DNA from: a virus
Lineage: Duplodnaviria > Caudoviricetes
Strand: one strand, 5' to 3'
Virus record (IMG/VR): IMGVR_UViG_3300011008_000002
DNA length: 64,000 nt
Positions within the stretch are counted from its first letter, which is position 1. Each line of letters starts with the position of its first letter. The notes under the pieces are model-generated. The model ran no database searches. It saw only the letters and a program-made list of their open reading frames with translations, and was not told the origin of the DNA. Of the stretch, positions 58,408 to 64,000 are shown one piece after another. The translations under genes and the position numbers were made by a program.

Positions 58408-60135
58408 ATGGTAGGATTTGATTTATCAGAAGTTCTTGTTAAATCAGGATTATCTTCTTTAAGTCATAAAATACAAGAACTTCAATACGAATTATCAATT
58501 CAAACTGTAGGTTACTTAGGAAACATTCAAAATATGAAAAGCGGAACTAGACCTGAGAAAGGACAATACATTACAAGTTTACCTGGTGTAAATGATGTAT
58601 GCACTTTCATGAATGAAGCAATCATGAGAGAGAATAATGATGCTTCGATGTATTTGTCAAAAATCTATTCCGACCATGCTTTTCAAATTTTAGTCGCATC
58701 GGGATATATCCCGATTGCTTGGCTTGAAAAGACCTATCCAGAAGACGCTCCAGTAAGGTTTAATACAATCAAAAACCTCTGGGATGCTATGCTTACTGAT
58801 TATGCAGGTATCAGTATAAGGAGAGACTTCATTTACACCCGATTTAGAACAATCGGTATGCTTACTTGTCGTACAGAAGGCTATGAAAAAGAAAAGCTTC
58901 TCTATTTCCTGATACCTAATAATCAGCCTGACTTGGAATTCTTGAAAAGTTGGATTTCTCAGAATTCCATCCATGAAGTTTTGGTTTTAACCGAAGCTGA
59001 ATATGCTGCTAAGGTAGTTGACCAAAACTATGATTTTTTGTTCAAATTTGATAAGATTGTAGACCCTTACAAGGGTATTACATTCCGAATTTCTACTGAG
59101 ATTAAAGCGACTATTCCAACATATCTTGCTGAAATTGGATGTGATACGATGTGCTGTTTCCCTGAAAAGGAATCTTCGGATAAATACATGGTTGATAGTA
59201 ATCGTCTCATTATCAAGGAATTCCAGAAAGGTGATTCCATTCAATTTGCGGTTAGTGCACCTGCTAACTATACTATTGACTACATATGCTTGAATGGAAT
59301 TCCTCATTTCTTTGGTACTGCTGATCTTGATGCAGCAGGTATTATGATTACGAAATCCGATAACGGCATTATCACAAACTACAATAAATTCATCGTCACG
59401 GTTTCTGGTATTAGAGAGTCTACGAAGATATATGTAGATGCTTGTGAAGATTTGACTGGAAAGACTTCTGTAAGGAATATGATTTCTAAAGATAAGTCCA
59501 GCGTTGAATTTGATGGTGATATTACGAAGGTAAGAATTCAATTCAATCATCCGTTCATATTCTTCAATAAAGAGAAAGTGAAGATATATGCAAGAAAGGA
59601 TGAAACTGCATTTGAAGAATTGGTTGGTGCAGTTGAAGTTCTTGTTGATGGATATCATATGGTTGAGAAGAGGGCGGTATTTGGGAATGTATATTTCAAT
59701 ATGTCTTCTGATGCTACATATAACAACCGCGTAACTCCGGAACGTCCTATGGATGGTCCTGATAATCCTGATCCGATGAAGAGGAGAGATAACCCGTATG
59801 TAGTTCATTATCTCCCGAGATATATGTCTCCATTTGCTCAGAATGTTGCTACTGAGGTTGGTCCTGAATCTAGGGCTATTCTGTTCAATGTATCTGAATC
59901 TGGAGCCATTGTTTTGGTATTTGAAGGATACACTGATTACAAGTATTTCAGAGTTACGTTTGAAGATAGGGCAATGGTAGCCGTGTACAGAATTACTGGT
60001 AGTAGTTCAAATGACCTTGATGTTATTCCTGTTATTGAGGATTATGTATTCGAGAGACCGATTACTGAGGAAGATAACGGTATAGATACAACCGATGACC
60101 TTGATGATGGTGAAAATATTACAGATGATTTCTAA
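58408..60135 (+). CDS. Hypothetical protein (575 aa), probably virion-associated
   Basis: ATG 58408 after GAAAGGAG; ACA-N6-TAA at 58370-58381; beta-rich C-terminal half. Confidence 0.7.
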   Translation: MVGFDLSEVLVKSGLSSLSHKIQELQYELSIQTVGYLGNIQNMKSGTRPEKGQYITSLPGVNDVCTFMNEAIMRENNDASMYLSKIYSDHAFQILVASGYIPIAWLEKTYPEDAPVRFNTIKNLWDAMLTDYAGISIRRDFIYTRFRTIGMLTCRTEGYEKEKLLYFLIPNNQPDLEFLKSWISQNSIHEVLVLTEAEYAAKVVDQNYDFLFKFDKIVDPYKGITFRISTEIKATIPTYLAEIGCDTMCCFPEKESSDKYMVDSNRLIIKEFQKGDSIQFAVSAPANYTIDYICLNGIPHFFGTADLDAAGIMITKSDNGIITNYNKFIVTVSGIRESTKIYVDACEDLTGKTSVRNMISKDKSSVEFDGDITKVRIQFNHPFIFFNKEKVKIYARKDETAFEELVGAVEVLVDGYHMVEKRAVFGNVYFNMSSDATYNNRVTPERPMDGPDNPDPMKRRDNPYVVHYLPRYMSPFAQNVATEVGPESRAILFNVSESGAIVLVFEGYTDYKYFRVTFEDRAMVAVYRITGSSSNDLDVIPVIEDYVFERPITEEDNGIDTTDDLDDGENITDDF

Positions 60136-60144
60136 TATAACAAA

Positions 60145-60184
60145 AGAGGATTGGAGAGTAGATTTTTCTACTCTCCAATCCTCT
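60145..60184. terminator. Bidirectional terminator
   Basis: AGAGGATTGGAGAGTAGA/TCTACTCTCCAATCCTCT 18-bp stem between convergent genes. Confidence 0.8.
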
Positions 60185-60214
60185 GTCATAGAAAGGTTTT
60201 GGTATGGCAAACCA

Positions 60215-60802
60215 TTAGGCTTCCTCTACGGGAACTTCCAATCCTTCAGATGTTTCCTTCTTTTCCTCAGGAGTAGGCTCAGTAGATACTTCGAGAACTG
60301 GTGCCTTCAGCTCTTCAACTTTCTCCGCAACTTCCTCAACCTTTTCAGGCTCCTTGGATACAGCCTCAACTGGCTTGGAATCATCAACCTTCACAAAAGT
60401 TCCCTGATTATTCTTATTGTTCTGCTCGTTGTATTTATTCTTCTTTTCCTTCTTCTTTTCCCACTTCGAAGGATGGTTGTTGATCTGATTGTTTCCCTGC
60501 TGCGTATTAGGTATATTAGCCGCAGGTGCAGGCGTAGTAGGAGTTTTAACCTTCTCCTCAGCCTTCTTAACCACAGGATTTGTATTATCCTTGTCGTAGT
60601 TCTGAACATCGAGCTTTACTTCAGTCTTGTTAGAAAGAACTTCCCAGACATCAGCCCTGTTTTGAGTGATCATCCTCCAGATAGTATCAACAGACTCACG
60701 ATACGGAGTACGAATAGGAGTCATAATCTGACCCCTACTGGTCATCACCAAACCGCGACTCTTTACTACTATCATCTTGGAATTATTACGATTAAGTCCC
60801 AT
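60215..60802 (-). CDS. Hypothetical protein with a small N-terminal domain and a low-complexity N/K/E tail
   Basis: RBS AAGGAGG; follows 60818..61126. Confidence 0.75.
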   Translation of the reverse strand: MGLNRNNSKMIVVKSRGLVMTSRGQIMTPIRTPYRESVDTIWRMITQNRADVWEVLSNKTEVKLDVQNYDKDNTNPVVKKAEEKVKTPTTPAPAANIPNTQQGNNQINNHPSKWEKKKEKKNKYNEQNNKNNQGTFVKVDDSKPVEAVSKEPEKVEEVAEKVEELKAPVLEVSTEPTPEEKKETSEGLEVPVEEA

Positions 60803-60817
60803 TTCTTAGTTTCCTCC

Positions 60818-61126
60818 TTAATTCATTCCCGGAAGGAATGCTTCGCAAGCCTCTTCCAAGTCTTCGAGTATCTCTTCATCCATCTCATCAGAAGGCGGAA
60901 TCTTCGCAAGCAGACGCTCCATTTCCTCGTCTTCCTCTCCAATGCCGTCTCCATCCATGTCATCTTCTACTTCGTCATCATCGTCTCCGGTGACATATTT
61001 GATGATATCATCATCAATTGCTTCTTCAAACGTAGCAGCTAACTGATCACTAGAGTCTTCAGCCCGCTGACTATGATTGATTGCTTCCATAAGGGTTGAT
61101 AACCCATAAGACATCAAACTTGCCAT
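60818..61126 (-). CDS. Small very acidic protein, possible head or scaffold component
   Basis: RBS AAAGGAG; ACA-N6-TAA at 61164-61175; LME|A site; D/E-rich. Confidence 0.7.
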   Translation of the reverse strand: MASLMSYGLSTLMEAINHSQRAEDSSDQLAATFEEAIDDDIIKYVTGDDDDEVEDDMDGDGIGEEDEEMERLLAKIPPSDEMDEEILEDLEEACEAFLPGMN

Positions 61127-61176
61127 TTTATTTCTCCTTTCGCTAAGATTGTATTCTATTGAATTACTTGCGTGTT

Positions 61177-62424
61177 TTAGGAATAGCTATTGATAAGATG
61201 GTTCATATACTGTGTTAGAATATATAATACGATAGGAACCAAATAGAAAAATGTCTCTGAGTATTCTGGCTCTTGTATCACTTTCCTAAGTTCTTCTATA
61301 TCAGTCTCTGATAAGAATTTCTCGAAGTCATTTTTCTTGAAATATCTGATGATTGTATTTTCTATCATAGATACCACAGGAGATTCTTCTACAGTTCTCA
61401 TATTATAGAGCCAGTTAAAATCCATATAATTATTTTTTGGATAACGGACATCTTTGTCTTCATATGTCTTTATCTGATATACAACCTCTTCACCCCAATA
61501 GTAGAATGGATTAGTTCTTTTTTGATCGAATGTTGCGACCTCATAAAGCAACGGTTTAATTCTATTCAAATCCCTCATTTCAAGAGCTCTGAAAACTGTT
61601 TTGTTATAATCTGCCCTGAAAGTCTCTCTTTGTTCAATTACGATCGGTTGGAGTATCTCCGAGTAATAATTTAACAAATCATGATTGATTATAAACTTTG
61701 TTAAATATGGGTCATAGATAATAAACTTCCCATCATTAAATCCCCTGAATATAAATGAATTATATTTTCTATCAAAGAATGTATCTACATAATCCGACAT
61801 AGTTTGAATTATGATTTTTTCAAGAGATTTAATTTCACCAAATGTAGATGTTTTGATAATACATCTCTCATTGGTGCCGACCCTATCAAGATCAACGATC
61901 AATTCATCAACGACTTGTTTTTCTATCTTAGTTTCATACTCAGATGAATCTATATCAACCAGATGCATTGGTACTTTATAGAACCCATTTGACCGTGCTG
62001 TAGAAATTTGTACGTTATTTACCCGAAATACGACACTTCTCCCAGAGTCGAATTTGTAAATCATATAGTCATATGTATTGGGAATTACCGTATTCGGAGG
62101 AATAACAGGTTCAATTTCCCAATTCATATCTGCTATATCAAAATCATCCAACTGCATCTCAAGACTTTGAATTTCTTTTGTAACTCCATAAACAGGGAGA
62201 TTTTCCACCCGATTATATCTAAATGGTGAATTCTCTCCAAGAAGTTCATCAACTGACTCAAGTCCAGATGTTGCAGTACTTTTTCTGTCATTGACATTAA
62301 TCCAAGTTACTAAAACGGGTTCCCCAAGACCAGTAATACTAATAGAAGAACCACTCTGAAGAATTTTGTCTAACTCATTCATTGAGTTTTTGACAAGGGT
62401 GTTAGAATTTTGAAGATATCCCAT
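61177..62424 (-). CDS. Probable virion structural protein (415 aa)
   Basis: Coupled (TGATG overlap) to the upstream gene in a late-promoter unit; RBS GGAAGGAGG. Confidence 0.55.
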   Translation of the reverse strand: MGYLQNSNTLVKNSMNELDKILQSGSSISITGLGEPVLVTWINVNDRKSTATSGLESVDELLGENSPFRYNRVENLPVYGVTKEIQSLEMQLDDFDIADMNWEIEPVIPPNTVIPNTYDYMIYKFDSGRSVVFRVNNVQISTARSNGFYKVPMHLVDIDSSEYETKIEKQVVDELIVDLDRVGTNERCIIKTSTFGEIKSLEKIIIQTMSDYVDTFFDRKYNSFIFRGFNDGKFIIYDPYLTKFIINHDLLNYYSEILQPIVIEQRETFRADYNKTVFRALEMRDLNRIKPLLYEVATFDQKRTNPFYYWGEEVVYQIKTYEDKDVRYPKNNYMDFNWLYNMRTVEESPVVSMIENTIIRYFKKNDFEKFLSETDIEELRKVIQEPEYSETFFYLVPIVLYILTQYMNHLINSYS

Positions 62425-62975
62425 CAGTATCCTCCTTCCCTTGCATCAATGGAGTCAGGGTTTTGACTTAAAAACCAATCAATGAAACCCCAAAGGACTT
62501 CATATGATTGTCTCAACCCTGCTCTATCATCCAAGAATACATTATAAAAAATTTTAGTTGCGTGTTCAAATGTCTTATTCTTCTTAACACTATCACAATC
62601 TTCATTGATGTAATCACACCTGATATGTAGTTCTTCACAAGTCTGCTTTACCATCTCGATATCTTTCTCAAGAGTTCTTGCTGTAAAACAAATCATAGTG
62701 AAACCAAGCTTACTACATACTTGAAGAAGTTCGATTACTAAATCACAGGGTTTTCCTTTATCTGACGGCTTTATAGTATCATCAAAATCAAAAGCCACGA
62801 TTAAAGTACCCCATTCCTTATAATCATTGATAAGAACATCAATAAACCTCTGATTGGAAAAAACCTCATCGTATTCAGCCTGTGATACGGCTTTACGACG
62901 AGCAATAATTTCTTTAATGTCAGAGAGATTGTCCTTTTTTGATAGATAATTCATTACTGTATGTAAATTGTTCAT
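62424..62975 (-). CDS. HAD-superfamily phosphatase
   Basis: VAFDFDDT (DxDxT), FTAR, K and FLDDR motifs; ATG 62975 after AAGGAGGG. Confidence 0.8.
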   Translation of the reverse strand: MNNLHTVMNYLSKKDNLSDIKEIIARRKAVSQAEYDEVFSNQRFIDVLINDYKEWGTLIVAFDFDDTIKPSDKGKPCDLVIELLQVCSKLGFTMICFTARTLEKDIEMVKQTCEELHIRCDYINEDCDSVKKNKTFEHATKIFYNVFLDDRAGLRQSYEVLWGFIDWFLSQNPDSIDAREGGY

Positions 62976-63014
62976 ACACAAATCCCTCCTTTTAAATTTT
63001 TGTGGAAAACAGAC

Positions 63015-63056
63015 AAAAAAGAAGATGTCGGTATGGACGGACCGACATCTTCTTCC
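63015..63056 (-). terminator. Intrinsic terminator
   Basis: AAGAAGATGTCGGT/ACCGACATCTTCTT stem with a T-tract on the minus strand. Confidence 0.8.
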
Positions 63057-63152
63057 CAAACTAGCTTCTAATCAGAACCGAGCAAGTAACTCATAACCAC
63101 ATGAGGATTTTATAAGGAGGCGATTAGAAGCCACACTCGTAATCTATTTTAA
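63015..63152 (-). ncRNA. Candidate late small RNA containing an anti-Shine-Dalgarno sequence
   Basis: ACA-N6-TAA at 63153-63164; 10-bp helix 63064-73/63122-31; CCTCCTTA inside it; terminator at 63015-63056. Confidence 0.45.
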
Positions 63153-63180
63153 TTACCTAATTGTAGAATAGGTCTTTACT

Positions 63181-64000
63181 TCAAATATAATAGTCGGTTA
63201 CTTCATAAGCCGAATCAGCTGGTACCCAACCAAATTCATAGCTATATAAAGTATACAGTATGACTGGATTATCACCAGTGCCAAGTTTCTGTTCGTGCAT
63301 TAATGCAACATATCCAGAACTATCGCATATATATGCAGATGAGAATAACAAATCATCCCCAGTCAAATCGAGGATATAATGTCTCATGTCATCGAAATTT
63401 GTTATATTACCATCTCTAGCTCCCATGATGAGTTTGGTATTAACTTCAAACGGAAGTTTGCATTCTACCTCTAATGATATCTCCACTGCTTTTATGACAT
63501 GCTGTATCAAAGACTGGTAGAATAAATTTAGGGCTTCTTCTTTTGTACCACATATCTCCGCATTATGTAAATCCTCATCCAAAACCACTGTAGATGGGAT
63601 ATTTGTTGATACGTTTTCCCTAACATACCAAACAGTTTCCTCGTCTTCTTCCTCATCATCTAGTTGATCGTTATTGCTAACCTTGTATTTATCAAGTATA
63701 GCTTCAACTTCATCCCTACTAACTCCGTGATTATAATGGTATGATTCTTTATCTATTGAATCATCTTTGTCTTCAGTTTCATCTTTGCCGAAGTCCTCTT
63801 CAAACATTTTCAGCAGTTGTTCTACTCCCTCTAACAATTCTTCAGGAATTGTCTTTGTTTTAACCGATGATGTTTCGAGTTCTTGCTCAGCGTGTTCATC
63901 GTCATATTTATGCATAACTACCCCCATTCTGTCAAGTTCTCCCTTTGAATATCTAGCACTCTTTATATAGTAATCTGTCTCTTTCTTCAACGGGTTCAGT
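63181..64000 (-). CDS. Acidic hypothetical protein, partial (start probably beyond the right edge)
   Basis: The frame of track ORF 63181..63990 stays open to the window end. Confidence 0.75.
   Translation of the reverse strand, partial: LNPLKKETDYYIKSARYSKGELDRMGVVMHKYDDEHAEQELETSSVKTKTIPEELLEGVEQLLKMFEEDFGKDETEDKDDSIDKESYHYNHGVSRDEVEAILDKYKVSNNDQLDDEEEDEETVWYVRENVSTNIPSTVVLDEDLHNAEICGTKEEALNLFYQSLIQHVIKAVEISLEVECKLPFEVNTKLIMGARDGNITNFDDMRHYILDLTGDDLLFSSAYICDSSGYVALMHEQKLGTGDNPVILYTLYSYEFGWVPADSAYEVTDYYI

Noticed and set aside
58987-61042. Long ORFs 58987..59808(-) and 60095..61042(+)
   Set aside because: Both are antisense to better-supported genes; the second also crosses a bidirectional terminator.
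1-64000. CRISPR array, tRNA genes, integrase or transposase, stop-codon recoding
   Set aside because: No repeat-spacer array or cloverleaf was seen. The TnsA-like domain lacks transposon partners. Long ORFs are intact under the standard code, and TAA, TAG and TGA are all used as stops.

Overview
This AT-rich window comes from a jumbo myovirus of the phiKZ/AR9 type, probably infecting a Firmicutes host (strong GGAGG ribosome-binding sites, Gram-positive-type wall hydrolases). It encodes two phage multisubunit RNA polymerase subunits (beta' with DHDGD, and a 1568-aa beta). It also encodes baseplate and tail proteins, a 4057-aa tape-measure-like protein with three C-terminal hydrolase-like domains, a paralogous family of inner-head proteins, a RusA-like resolvase, a zinc peptidase, a HAD phosphatase and many hypotheticals. 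Two phage promoter motifs are readable: ACA-N6-TAA before structural genes and TATATTA[A/T] before small non-structural genes. Best leads: (1) a 1571-aa protein of about eight unrelated domains (nuclease, helical, ART-like, two GNATs, kinase, DUF362, permuted papain-like) whose boundaries carry the x-x-E|[SAG] motif found in the head proteins, suggesting a virion-packaged effector polyprotein cut by the prohead protease; (2) a roughly 1-kb highly structured non-coding RNA next to an origin-like region; (3) two small late-promoter/terminator units that look like sRNAs; (4) an exact 24-nt intergenic copy of the 5' coding region of a distant gene; (5) a probable -1 frameshift in a baseplate or tail chaperone gene. 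All assignments rest on motif reading by eye; no database searches were run.
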